A stretch of 64,000 nucleotides of DNA from positions 3,296,001-3,360,000 of the forward strand of contig CP147778.1 in NCBI GenBank assembly GCA_037305845.1, in the 5' to 3' direction. Positions 9,630 to 19,843 of the stretch are shown one piece after another; position 1 is the stretch's first letter; every line of letters begins with the position of its first letter. The DNA is from Candidatus Freyarchaeum deiterrae (GTDB taxonomy: Archaea; Asgardarchaeota; Jordiarchaeia; Jordiarchaeales; Jordiarchaeaceae). The notes under the pieces are model-generated. The model was not told where the DNA came from. It saw nothing but the letters and a program-made list of their open reading frames with translations, and did no database searches. The position numbers and the translations under genes are program-made.

Positions 9630-11120
9630 ATGGTGATTTTGATGGCTATAATGGATGGAGATACTGCATTCGTACTGGTCTCATCGGCACTAGTAATGTT
9701 AATGACCCCCGGATTAGCCTACTTTTACGGTGGGCTGCTCAGAAAAAAGAATATACTAAGCATGTTACTCTGGTGCATTACTGCACTAGCCGTGGGAAGT
9801 ATACTATGGGTTCTTTATGGTTACAGTTTAGCTTTCAATCCGTTCAGCGATCCCAGTATGCTCGGGTTATCCGCTGCAGGCCTGTTGGGATGGGCTCAAG
9901 CCTCTGGTATTGATTTAACACCCCTTGCATTATACTTAGCTGCCAATCCTTTCAGCTTCACCTTCATGTTTGGGTCAGCACCCTTCATAGGTGGGCTGGG
10001 ATGGGTTCTGTTCAACTACGTTGATTTAACGCCCTTTGTGCTCTACTCAGCAACTATCCCTCACCTGAGCTACGCGATTTTCCAGTGTATGTTCGCCTGC
10101 ATAACCGTAGCTTTAATTTTTGGAGCCTTTGCGGAACGTGTTAAGTTCAGTTCTTTCCTAATCTTCATGGTGGTATGGTTCACAGTGGTTTACTGCCCCG
10201 TCGCCCACTGGGTGTGGTCCACTGGAGGATGGCTTAGAGGTCCAGCATGGCTTGTTGATGGTTATCTCAACACTTGGCTCACCGGAATGATCACGCCATT
10301 GGTTCCGGCCGAATTGAGTTCATTGATACCTCAATTTGTAACCCAAATTATGGGCAATATACCGTTAGGCATCTTAGACTTCGCTGGTGGAACTGTGGTT
10401 CACATAAATGCTGGGTTTGCTGCTCTAGCGGCTGGCATAGTTGCAGGTAAACGTAAAGGCTTTGGAAAGGAATCTATGCTTCCTCACAATACAACCTACG
10501 TCGTTTTAGGAACAGCGTTACTCTGGTTCGGGTGGTTCGGTTTTAACTCGGGAAGCGCTCTTGCAGCAAACGGCCTAGCAGCCAGTGCTTTCGTGGTAAC
10601 AAATACCTCAGCCGCAGCCGCAGCCGTGTCCTGGTTAGCAATATCGTGGATAGCTAGAGGTAGACCAAGTGTTATTGGAATGTGTACCGGAGCTGTCGTG
10701 GGACTCGTAGCAATAACGCCCGCCAGCGGCTTTGTGAACGTTCCAAGCGCTATCATCATAGGTCTAGTGGCTTCACCACTCTCTTACGGAGCAATCAAGC
10801 TCAAAGACAGAGTACACTTGGATGATTCACTTGATGTCTGGGCCTGCCACGGTGTAGGCGGAGTATGGGGCGCTTTAGCCACAGGATTATTCGCCACAAT
10901 AACTGTGAACTCTGGTGGATCTAACGGACTGTTCTTCGGGAACCCAATGCAACTCATGATTCAAGCGTTCAGCGTGGTCGTGGTAGCGAGCTTCTCTTTC
11001 GTGGTTTCGGTGATCATACTGAAAATCATAGACAAAACTATAGGTCTGAGAGTCACGCCTACTGAGGAAGCCATAGGACTGGATATATCGCAACAAATCG
11101 AAGAAGGCTACGGGGGCTAA
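9630..11120 (+). CDS. amtB: Ammonium transporter Amt
   Basis: Motifs LMTPGLA.FYGG, FQCMFA, AER, HWVW, DFAGGTVVH, LWFGWFGFN.GS, GLVAITP, DDSLDV..CHG and EE.IGLD. Confidence 0.97.
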   Translation: MVILMAIMDGDTAFVLVSSALVMLMTPGLAYFYGGLLRKKNILSMLLWCITALAVGSILWVLYGYSLAFNPFSDPSMLGLSAAGLLGWAQASGIDLTPLALYLAANPFSFTFMFGSAPFIGGLGWVLFNYVDLTPFVLYSATIPHLSYAIFQCMFACITVALIFGAFAERVKFSSFLIFMVVWFTVVYCPVAHWVWSTGGWLRGPAWLVDGYLNTWLTGMITPLVPAELSSLIPQFVTQIMGNIPLGILDFAGGTVVHINAGFAALAAGIVAGKRKGFGKESMLPHNTTYVVLGTALLWFGWFGFNSGSALAANGLAASAFVVTNTSAAAAAVSWLAISWIARGRPSVIGMCTGAVVGLVAITPASGFVNVPSAIIIGLVASPLSYGAIKLKDRVHLDDSLDVWACHGVGGVWGALATGLFATITVNSGGSNGLFFGNPMQLMIQAFSVVVVASFSFVVSVIILKIIDKTIGLRVTPTEEAIGLDISQQIEEGYGG

Positions 11121-11123
11121 ACT

Positions 11124-11495
11124 GTGAAGAAAATTGAGGCAATAATAAGACCGGAGAAGCTTAACGACGTGAAAGACGCCTTAGCCGAAGCCGGCTTCGC
11201 AGGATTAACAGTCACAAACGTTAGAGGCAGAGGCAGACAGAAGGGTCTGGAGTTCGACGTTAGAGGCAGAAAGATGAGAGTTGATCTACTGAACAAAGTC
11301 AAGATAGAGGTCGTATGCAAGGACAAACAAGAGGACAAAGTTATTTCAACGATAATTGAGAGTGCTAGGACTGGCGAAATAGGAGACGGAATGATATTCG
11401 TGAGCATAATAGAAGACGTGATAAGAGTAAGGACAGGTGAAAAAGGAGAAAAAGCAATATCCGGAGAAAAAGAAAAAGCAGAAAAGGAAAAATAA
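11124..11495 (+). CDS. glnK: P-II family nitrogen regulatory protein
   Basis: MKKIEAIIRPEKL, GRGRQKG T-loop, ARTGEIGDG.IF and RVRTGE; 3 bp after amtB. Confidence 0.96.
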   Translation: MKKIEAIIRPEKLNDVKDALAEAGFAGLTVTNVRGRGRQKGLEFDVRGRKMRVDLLNKVKIEVVCKDKQEDKVISTIIESARTGEIGDGMIFVSIIEDVIRVRTGEKGEKAISGEKEKAEKEK

Positions 11496-11811
11496 TACCT
11501 TTCACCTTTAACCACCAAAAATGCATCCCACCTCCCTTTTTATTTATACACCTTTAGTATATGAGTTAAGAAAAATACAAGTTTTGTTGTCAAAAAAATT
11601 TAAGAATGTATTGAAATTTGTCTAGTTGGTTTCTTGTTGTCACTATCTTCAAAAATAATGATAATCACTATTTTTTTCCACCATAGGATTGACAATTTAA
11701 TTTATAAGAATTTCACTCTGAATATCTAGTTAATAACTTGGAAATTTTGTAAAATAATAATCTCATCAAAACATTTGGAATAGGAAATTTGGTAATAGTG
11801 AGGTATGAAAA

Positions 11812-12630
11812 ATGATATTGGAGCACAAGGTAATTGTTATTACAGGTTCAACCCGGGGCATAGGTCTAGCCGTTGCTGAAGCATGTGCTAAGGAGGGTGC
11901 CCAAATAGTAATCTGTTCGCGTCACGAATCGGCTGTCAAACAAACAATCAAAGCGTTCAAACAACAGGGCTACAGCGTGTCTGGAATCAAAGTTGATGTA
12001 TCCGTTCCGGGCGACATTGAAAAGCTACTTCAACACGCTGTCGAAACTTGGGGGCGGGTAGACGTTTGGGTAAACAATGCTGGATTATCGGGCGGCATCC
12101 AGACTCTTGATGCTATGAGCGAGGAGGAAATCACTTCTATTGTTAACGTGAATCTCACAGCTATGCTACAAGCGTGCCGGATCATCATTCCCTATTTCAT
12201 CCAGCATGATGGAGGTACAATAATCAATTTGAGTGGTAGGGGCGGACGCCTTGAGGAATCTCCATATATGGTCGTCTACGCAGCCACTAAAGCCGCAGTT
12301 TCCAGTCTCACCAAAAGCCTGGCGAAAGAGAATAAAGGCAAACCGATTTCGATTCACGCGGTCATACCCGGGATGGTGGAAACGGACTTTTACAAAGACA
12401 TAAAGGTCAGCTCCAATCTAGAAGAAATGGCTGAGGGCACCCCTTACGCGTTAAAGGCCTTCTCCGTGCCCTCAAACGTCGTAGGAAACTTCTTTGTAAA
12501 GATTGCGGCGCAAAAACCAGGAGAAGTGACCGGCAAGATTTACAGAATACTGGGCGGTCGACGTTTGATGAGAGGCATTGGTTTAATGATGTATTACCGG
12601 TCAACGGGCAAGGTCAAGGGTAGAATGTGA
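11812..12630 (+). CDS. Short-chain dehydrogenase/reductase
   Basis: TGSTRGIG, NNAG, YAATK and PGMVET motifs. Confidence 0.92.
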   Translation: MILEHKVIVITGSTRGIGLAVAEACAKEGAQIVICSRHESAVKQTIKAFKQQGYSVSGIKVDVSVPGDIEKLLQHAVETWGRVDVWVNNAGLSGGIQTLDAMSEEEITSIVNVNLTAMLQACRIIIPYFIQHDGGTIINLSGRGGRLEESPYMVVYAATKAAVSSLTKSLAKENKGKPISIHAVIPGMVETDFYKDIKVSSNLEEMAEGTPYALKAFSVPSNVVGNFFVKIAAQKPGEVTGKIYRILGGRRLMRGIGLMMYYRSTGKVKGRM

Positions 12631-12668
12631 TGAGCTAAATTGTATTTCCAAGCTTGATTCTCAAAAAT

Positions 12669-12697
12669 AAAAAAGAGAGGCGCGGATAGCGCCGCTC
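12669..12697 (-). terminator. Hairpin plus U-tract downstream of 12761..15601
   Basis: Minus strand reads gagcggcgctatccgcgcctctctttttt (GGCGC/GCGCC stem followed by a T-run), between convergent genes. Confidence 0.5.
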
Positions 12698-12760
12698 ACC
12701 AGAATATTTAGGAAGCTTTTAATTTGCTTTGCGTTCTATTGCTGGCGATATGTGTGTGTT

Positions 12761-15601
12761 TTAGCTGCTACCAATGAAGAGGGCTCCTTTTCCAATGGCA
12801 AGAGCAATTGATGAGTTTCCTCTCTGGATAGTTAGAGTGACTCTTCCGAGTGCACCCTCACCAACGTATACATCCAGATTCCCTGTCTTCAAGTGTTTTA
12901 CAATGTTCCATGATGCTGACTGGCCGCTTATCTCTATTTTGATAGTGTTCTCGGAGAGGTGTAGGTCACCTTTTCCGATGAATAATTGTCCACTGATTTG
13001 CAGTGCTCCCATGCCAGTAAATACTTCTTCAACTGGTACCTTTGCTCCCAGCATAAAGTAGGAGAATCCCGAAACCTCTACCGTAACGGTTTTCGACGCT
13101 GTGTTCACCACACTGGGTAATTCAACCCACTTCATGTTTTGTTCGTCCCATTGGAAAACTGTAAGGTTCTGCTCACTGACACCAGCCGGAACCTCGTCAT
13201 CGGTGTAATGGAATACCAAAGTTGCATTGATGGACTCGTTTGATTCAGCCCTAATGTAGTTCAGTGGAATGACTCCTTTTGGAAGAGTGGCACTTGGAGG
13301 CGGTGAGTTTCCCCAAGTATTCAAGGTTGTTGGAACGGGTGTTGTTCCCGAAATCTCAACACCAGCCTCCTCAACTGCATTTACTAGAAAGTTTCCGTCG
13401 ACATATGCGGTATTATGAGTAGTGCTGTTCAATGGTGTTCCTAAGAGGTTTCCTCCAAAGAGAATTGGTGACCAGTATGCAACTAGAGTCGGCGGTGGTA
13501 ATGCTAAGTTGGCAGTGGTTATAGCTCTGAGTGTGTAGGTCATTGTCACAGAACTACCGCTTGCGATATCCATTTTCATAAAGTTTGAGCCACTAACTAG
13601 TTCAAACGCGTCTTGTGGATACCAGTCAAAGGCATAAATTGTCTGATCGGTTAAACCAAGATTCTTCACTTTAACGCTGACAGAGACCTCGTCTCCAGGA
13701 TTGACATTGACTGTCTCAGGAGTCTTTTCAAACTCGATGTAAATGGCGTTAGATGGACGAACACCGGGCATAAGCACTGGACTTGGTTGAGGCATCAAAG
13801 AAGCTACTCCATTATTGTAGAATATTTGAGAGCTGGCGATACTTTCAGGACCGAGTCCTGTGTGTACTGAGCCAAGTAATGGTAAATCGTATCTCATTGT
13901 CTGATTCCCTACAATAGAAGATCCTGCTGGAATATCTCCTAAGAACATTTGAAATTGACTAGAAAGAGATGTGGTAATAGTAGGTATAGTAATATTTGAA
14001 TCAATAATTCCTCCAGCTAGTGGAATGATAGGAGGACTGGATGCAGTTACATTTGTTGCAGTCTGTGTGCCCACGTTTCTGATAGTATAGATGCCTGAAA
14101 AAACATCGTTGGGATTCAGAACCCATTTTGAATAGTCTACGGAAACGATAATATTAGGCCCGGGTATACCTACGTTATAAGAGAACTGCGAAATTATACC
14201 AAAGTTTACTAGTCCATTCGAAGCTCTACGCCAATTATACACCGACGAAAACTGTGTCGTACCTATGGAATTTGCAACAACATTGAACGCTAGTGTCTCA
14301 TTTTGTCCCACGTCTATCTCATCGAAATAGAAGGACACCCCGCTGCTAGGATAAGGCAATCCACTTGAGAAATACATAATATTCGTGTTATAACAGTAGA
14401 CATTGCCGCTGATGTTAAAAGCGTTGGAGGTTCCCACGTTTCTTATGGTGAGATAAAGTGTGCCGTTGTCCCCCGGGTTCATGTTCCAGTTTGACATATC
14501 GTAGTATACAACTATGTATGGAACACCGGTCTCCAAAGTATATGTAATGTTGAAATTATCGGCGTTCACGTCGGAATATGCATTGTAGCTGAATAATGGT
14601 TGGGTATAACCTCCCATTATTGAACCAGGGTAAAATCCGGTGAGGCTTGTAACATTGCTGTTTACTGGGGGATACAGGTTGATTGTTACTGGGCTTTTTA
14701 TTGTCTCGTTACTTGGCGCAAAGAGTGAGCCTAGAGTGTAACTATATGTATTTCCGTTCACGCTTGTCTGATTTTCAAGAACCGAGCCAACCTGTACCAG
14801 TGCATTCCAAGTCAGTTGTGGTGGGTATACATTGAAATTGTAAGCCATGGTATCAAATAGTGCGATGTATTTTTCGTTAGATGATTCTTGGGCAATGCTT
14901 TGAGCTAGAGTGCCTTCCGGAAGAAGTGATTCAAGATAATTATATGTAGTTACTGAATCATTTAGAGAAGTCATCAATAAGTAACCAATGGTTATGTTAC
15001 CTCCCATAGGAGCAGGATATGGAATGCTTGTGAACTGTGCAGTTAACTCTCTGAAACTCAATCCGAGGGATGCAAGCTTCTCTATTAATGCCTGAGATAT
15101 TTGTTGCGCTGTCTGGTTACAAGCAGTAATATTTGAACCAACCATCTCAACCATCACTAAGCCTACTGTCTCATTAATCACAGATATACCAAATGGTCCA
15201 GAAACTAGGCTTCCTGTCATTGGCGCGAAGAGATACGAGGTGTGAGGAGCAGTAGCATTAACACCCTCCTCCTGAACTTGTACTTGTATACCTGCATAAG
15301 CGTATACTACACCTGGAAAGCTCGAGAGGTCTGGAAGACCGAAGAATGATCCGTTAAATGTGGAGGCTGCTGCGACGTCTGCGGAGTTATCAATGGCAGA
15401 TAAGTAAACCGTCAATTGCTGTGATACTAGATTTCCAAACACTGGCTGATCAAGGGCTGTCTGTAGTGTTGTTGATGTTGTTGAATCATTTGTTGGGGCT
15501 ACTGGTAGTGCGAGAGTGTTAGCATTGTGGAATAGAGGTATGAGTGTTACCAGCAATAAAACAGTCATCACTGCGATTGCAATTTTTTTCCTTCCCGTCA
15601 A
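12761..15601 (-). CDS. Secreted cell-surface glycoprotein with repeated CARDB/Ig-like beta-sandwich domains
   Basis: Signal peptide (RKK + hydrophobic stretch), repeated ..PGD...V.L.I.NVG...A units, many N-x-S/T sequons, and a late L.VF.WDE...KW.ELPS.VNT....VT..V.GFS domain typical of archaeal surface proteins. Confidence 0.8.
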   Translation of the reverse strand: MTGRKKIAIAVMTVLLLVTLIPLFHNANTLALPVAPTNDSTTSTTLQTALDQPVFGNLVSQQLTVYLSAIDNSADVAAASTFNGSFFGLPDLSSFPGVVYAYAGIQVQVQEEGVNATAPHTSYLFAPMTGSLVSGPFGISVINETVGLVMVEMVGSNITACNQTAQQISQALIEKLASLGLSFRELTAQFTSIPYPAPMGGNITIGYLLMTSLNDSVTTYNYLESLLPEGTLAQSIAQESSNEKYIALFDTMAYNFNVYPPQLTWNALVQVGSVLENQTSVNGNTYSYTLGSLFAPSNETIKSPVTINLYPPVNSNVTSLTGFYPGSIMGGYTQPLFSYNAYSDVNADNFNITYTLETGVPYIVVYYDMSNWNMNPGDNGTLYLTIRNVGTSNAFNISGNVYCYNTNIMYFSSGLPYPSSGVSFYFDEIDVGQNETLAFNVVANSIGTTQFSSVYNWRRASNGLVNFGIISQFSYNVGIPGPNIIVSVDYSKWVLNPNDVFSGIYTIRNVGTQTATNVTASSPPIIPLAGGIIDSNITIPTITTSLSSQFQMFLGDIPAGSSIVGNQTMRYDLPLLGSVHTGLGPESIASSQIFYNNGVASLMPQPSPVLMPGVRPSNAIYIEFEKTPETVNVNPGDEVSVSVKVKNLGLTDQTIYAFDWYPQDAFELVSGSNFMKMDIASGSSVTMTYTLRAITTANLALPPPTLVAYWSPILFGGNLLGTPLNSTTHNTAYVDGNFLVNAVEEAGVEISGTTPVPTTLNTWGNSPPPSATLPKGVIPLNYIRAESNESINATLVFHYTDDEVPAGVSEQNLTVFQWDEQNMKWVELPSVVNTASKTVTVEVSGFSYFMLGAKVPVEEVFTGMGALQISGQLFIGKGDLHLSENTIKIEISGQSASWNIVKHLKTGNLDVYVGEGALGRVTLTIQRGNSSIALAIGKGALFIGSS

Positions 15602-16142
15602 AAGTATTTTCCCTTCTCATGGTTTTTTTAGGCGACTAACTCGCCGAGCATAACTCATTTAAAGCTTATATAAATGAGATGATTGCGGCAAAAACTGAGC
15701 CCTCTAAAACTAATCTAGAAGAATAAAATCAGTTATAATGGCGCGTTAAGTATTAATGTTAAAAGAAGGCAGTTTATTTTTGCTACGTTTTTTTCGTTAC
15801 GCCCTTAGCTACTTTACTGATTCTCTTTTTTCGAAGTTAATACGATATAGAGGTCTTCATCTCCACCAGTAAATAATGGATTTTGTTAGAGACCAGAAAA
15901 CGTCAGCTGCGGAAATTCATGAATACGAAAACATAACTCGAAAATCCTTAAAGAATTAACGAGAATCAGAGAGCTAATAGAAAAATCTGGAAAATTGAAA
16001 AGCATAAAAGTTAAATTGTTTTCAAAATATTTTTTGTAATGATGATCGCTTTTTTGTCGCGTAAATAGTCGCTGTTTTCTAATTGCCCCGCTCGATGTGC
16101 TTCCAAACTACCGAGTTTCTGCGTTTTCAGCTAAAAGCGATT

Positions 16143-16703
16143 CTATTTTAGTTTTCCGAGGAGTTCTTTTAGTTGCTCTTGCACATTTTCTTGTTCTGCT
16201 CTCTGGTTCAGATACTTGAAGTCAATTTTATTTCTAAGACTAAGCATTATGGACATTGCGTCCTCGATGTCCTGTGGGGAGCCATAAATTAGCTTGGCAA
16301 TAATCGTATCCTCCGGCGAGGCTGCCCACCCGTTTAAGCCCAGCAGTTTCGTCTTCCTGCGATTTTCCAGTGCCTTTGAATCAAGACGAGTGTAAACTCC
16401 TTTCGCATCTACTCTGAGCGGGGATTTCGTATCAAACACAGAAAAATGGCTCCTCTCTTTTAGCGAGGAAACGATTTCATTTTCTAACACATCCAAGCCG
16501 TGCTTCTTAAAAGCTGAAACTAGCTTGGCTATGGATTCCTTCTCGGAGGGTTTAATGTTAATCACGACGTCTAGGTCAGCAGTTGATCTAAGCCTACCAT
16601 AGGCTATCACTACGAAACCGCCGATGATAACATATTCCAAGCCTGCATCACTCAGCGCCAAAAGGGCTCTTTTCACAAAATTCTCAAAGCTCATTTCGAT
16701 CAC
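16143..16703 (-). CDS. Nucleotidyltransferase-fold protein (DUF6036-like), probable toxin/antitoxin component
   Basis: YVIIGG...IAYGRLRST.DLDVV, SPED.II.KL and QDIEDA motifs; overlaps its small upstream partner. Confidence 0.8.
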   Translation of the reverse strand: MIEMSFENFVKRALLALSDAGLEYVIIGGFVVIAYGRLRSTADLDVVINIKPSEKESIAKLVSAFKKHGLDVLENEIVSSLKERSHFSVFDTKSPLRVDAKGVYTRLDSKALENRRKTKLLGLNGWAASPEDTIIAKLIYGSPQDIEDAMSIMLSLRNKIDFKYLNQRAEQENVQEQLKELLGKLK

Positions 16704-16905
16704 GCTCTAATAGAATATGCCTAAGAATCTCTACAAGCTCCTCATGCGTTTTGTCTGGATACTCTTCTTTTAGACGTTCAAGCTGAACCTTGATAATAAA
16801 ATCTGTAAGCCAACCGGCTATTCTTACCGGATCCGCACCCAACTCTTTGGTTCTCTTTATATCCATTTTAATCTTCTTAAGCCGACGCTCATCAGGAAAC
16901 CACAT
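16684..16905 (-). CDS. Small helical partner protein of the nucleotidyltransferase
   Basis: 73 aa ORF overlapping the next gene, with LKEEYPDKTHEEL pattern and GGTG RBS. Confidence 0.65.
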   Translation of the reverse strand: MWFPDERRLKKIKMDIKRTKELGADPVRIAGWLTDFIIKVQLERLKEEYPDKTHEELVEILRHILLERDRNEL

Positions 16906-17118
16906 TCTACAACACCCTTATCTGCAGCTTATTATTATCTAAATAGACAATCCAAAGTTTTTATACTTTTCAACTCACTTGATAGTCTTGTCTTGTTGTG
17001 TTTCTCGATTTAGTTATCTTCTTTCACCGCTCTGTGATTTGCGTTAACTTTATTAGTTTTTCGAATAAGCTAATATGTATAATTATTGCGAATAGATAAC
17101 TTTAAGGAGGGATTTTTC

Positions 17119-17874
17119 GTGATTAGGGTAGATGGATTAAAGGATAAGGTTGCTATAGTTACTGGAGCTAGTCAGGGGATTGGTAGAGAGATTGCTTTGC
17201 ATCTAGCAAAGAACGGTGTAAAAGTTGTTGTAGCCGACATTACAGATAAAATGTCAGATGTCGTAAATGAAATAAAGACAGCAAAGAGTCAAGGATTAGC
17301 TGTTAAATGTGATGTCTCAAAAAAAGAAGAAGTAGAAGACATGGTGGATAAAACCGTAAAGAAATTCGGCAGAGTTGACATCCTAGTCAACAACGCGGGA
17401 ATATACCCGTCCAAACCATTTGTGGAAATGACAGAACAAGACTGGGACAGAGTTATAAATATAAACCTGAAAGGAGATTTCAACTGCGCAAAAGCCGTTG
17501 TTCCAAAGATGATCAGCCAGAAATATGGGAAAATAATAAACATAGCCTCCATCGCTGGCTCCACGGTTGGCTTTCAGAATCTCGCACACTACTCCGCGAG
17601 TAAAGCAGGAATAGCCGGTTTCACCAAAGCACTAGCACTCGAATTAGCCCAATACGGAATAAACGTTAACGCCATCGCCCCAGGGCCCATTGAAACACCT
17701 GGAACTAAAACTGAGGATAAAGTACTTTATGAGCAGACAAGAATGGGAATACCGATGGGCAGATGGGGGCAACCCGAAGACATTGCAAACCTAGTATTAT
17801 ACTTAGCTAGCAACGAGTCAAGCTTCATAACTGGACAATGCATCGTTATAGACGGTGGTTTCACGGTGCAATAA
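17119..17874 (+). CDS. SDR, FabG-like 3-oxoacyl reductase family
   Basis: TGASQGIG, NNAG, YSASK, PG.IETP and IDGG motifs; AGGAGG RBS before GTG 17119. Confidence 0.92.
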   Translation: MIRVDGLKDKVAIVTGASQGIGREIALHLAKNGVKVVVADITDKMSDVVNEIKTAKSQGLAVKCDVSKKEEVEDMVDKTVKKFGRVDILVNNAGIYPSKPFVEMTEQDWDRVININLKGDFNCAKAVVPKMISQKYGKIINIASIAGSTVGFQNLAHYSASKAGIAGFTKALALELAQYGINVNAIAPGPIETPGTKTEDKVLYEQTRMGIPMGRWGQPEDIANLVLYLASNESSFITGQCIVIDGGFTVQ

Positions 17875-18141
17875 TTACTCCAAAATAGTAATCACCATTT
17901 TCAATTAGCGGAACACGGATACCTCAGTTAAGAGTTAAATTAGGCAGTTTATTTAGGAGTACTAAATTTATCAAGCCGCCTCAAGCCATTTTTTATACGA
18001 CTTAATCATTCTAAACAGCGGCTTTAATCGGCTTTCATCAAATACCATTACTTGTGAAGTGAATAGATTTTCTTTTCCTGACCATTTTCAACTCTTACTA
18101 AAAGTCCAACAATTCCCTCTAAAATTCAATTCTCAATTAAT

Positions 18142-18330
18142 CTATTCTGATTCAACGGTTACTGTGTAAATTGTACCTTTCTTACCGCAATTAGGACAAA
18201 CCGCATTCTTTATGTCAGTTATCACCATCAAATATCTTCTGCCACACCATCTGCAGTAAACTTTACTTGTCACCAAACCTGACACCTCCGCTATCAGAAT
18301 AGATAAGCCAAATTTCTTCCTCATCCGCAT
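18142..18330 (-). CDS. Small Zn-ribbon protein
   Basis: CRWC...CPNCG knuckles in a 62 aa ORF. Confidence 0.5.
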   Translation of the reverse strand: MRMRKKFGLSILIAEVSGLVTSKVYCRWCGRRYLMVITDIKNAVCPNCGKKGTIYTVTVESE

Positions 18331-18516
18331 TTTCAGGTTTTTAAGCCCAACTTACAAAACAGTTTAAGAGTTAAAACTCTCTTCCATTCTATAAACCTAT
18401 TCCACAATTTAGGGTAGAGCCATCCCACATTTAAATTGTACACTAATTTTTGGGGAAATCCTCATTTTTTTATCTTGAGAGAATACATTCGTTTGCCCGT
18501 TATGCTCTAATTGTAA

Positions 18517-18762
18517 TTATTCAGATGACAAGTTTTCCAGCTCCTTTTCTAATGCCTTTTTATTGAACCCCAATATTATCTTTCCATTTATTTCAGTCTG
18601 GGGAACATCCAAACGCCCCGTCTTTTGGAACAGTTCTTTCGCCGCTTCCTCGTCGCATGACAGGTCCACATCCTCAAACTCGACACCCTTCTGTCTCAGT
18701 AACTCCTTCACCATCTTACAGTAGGGACACGCCGGCGTCGAATAAACTTTGACTTTTGCCAT
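18517..18762 (-). CDS. Glutaredoxin (NrdH/YruB-like)
   Basis: VYSTPACPYC, VP cis-Pro motif, GF. Confidence 0.93.
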   Translation of the reverse strand: MAKVKVYSTPACPYCKMVKELLRQKGVEFEDVDLSCDEEAAKELFQKTGRLDVPQTEINGKIILGFNKKALEKELENLSSE

Positions 18763-18918
18763 ACTATCAAATCCTACATTCCTCTAGAAATAATTTTCCA
18801 AAATGATAACCTTTAAATGTTTTTACATTATGCCTCAATAAGAATTAATTAATAAACCGTTAACCTAGAAATATTATAAAACCCTATTTAAGTAAGAAGA
18901 ATCTGGAACGTTTTAAAA

Positions 18919-19626
18919 ATGTCACTCATAAGCAAGAGCCGGATTAGAGATGCGAGTAGAGCCGCAATTGTTGCAGGGGTGGCGATGTTTCTTGGCTTTT
19001 TCGTTTATTATTATTTTCTTTTCACCTGGAGTTATAGCCAGTTATCCCTTTTTATAATTGTATTTTCTCGTATTTTTCCTTCTTTTCCGCCCTTTGTTAG
19101 CTATGGCTATACTCTATTTTTGGCAAATATAGATAATAATGCAGTTTCCTTCGCGACGACTCACATGTTTACTGTAACTGCATACTCGTTACTCATCTCT
19201 CTTCCTTTCATTTTCGCCACAATGATATTGGCAGTTGGAACCAATATGCTGAGGAAAAAGGAGAACGTGAGGAGGTTCGCATGGATTTTGGGGATTCTAG
19301 ATGTTCTTGCCGTACTTACCTTTTCTCTAACTGGAATGTACCCAACTTTTGTAAATCTAAAACCACCAATCTTTCTTGGGCTTTTGTTTTTAGTAATCAT
19401 TTCAGCGGGAGGAGTTTTAATAGCCAGTTCTGCAATATTGTTTCCCAGACGTTCGCTAGAAAAGTATAATCGGGAAAAAGACTCTATGAGTTGGGAGGAG
19501 CGTACGCTTGCGCAAAACCACCCATATTATCCTAGCGATACTACAGTTACTGTGGCTCTTCTACTTTTCGTGGCTCTTGTGATTTTAATAATTATCTATT
19601 TTGGCACTTACGCAATGGGAGGATAA
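18919..19626 (+). CDS. Hypothetical multi-pass membrane protein
   Basis: 235 aa with about five hydrophobic segments; TATA-like ttataaaa upstream. Confidence 0.7.
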   Translation: MSLISKSRIRDASRAAIVAGVAMFLGFFVYYYFLFTWSYSQLSLFIIVFSRIFPSFPPFVSYGYTLFLANIDNNAVSFATTHMFTVTAYSLLISLPFIFATMILAVGTNMLRKKENVRRFAWILGILDVLAVLTFSLTGMYPTFVNLKPPIFLGLLFLVIISAGGVLIASSAILFPRRSLEKYNREKDSMSWEERTLAQNHPYYPSDTTVTVALLLFVALVILIIIYFGTYAMGG

Positions 19627-19843
19627 CCCGCGTACGTGAAATTCTTAATTCTATATTCAAGCTAAAATTGTACTGGCACTCTCAAATCTAGAACTCTTAC
19701 TCCACAGGAATCGCAAGGCTGTCCCGGCACCTGCTTCCAACACACCTTTCCGCATATTAAATAATTTCAATAATTTAATCCACATTTTGGCGGGAATATC
19801 ACGATAGAGAAAAAAAAGAAAATAAGAGAAGGAAGGGAGAGGG

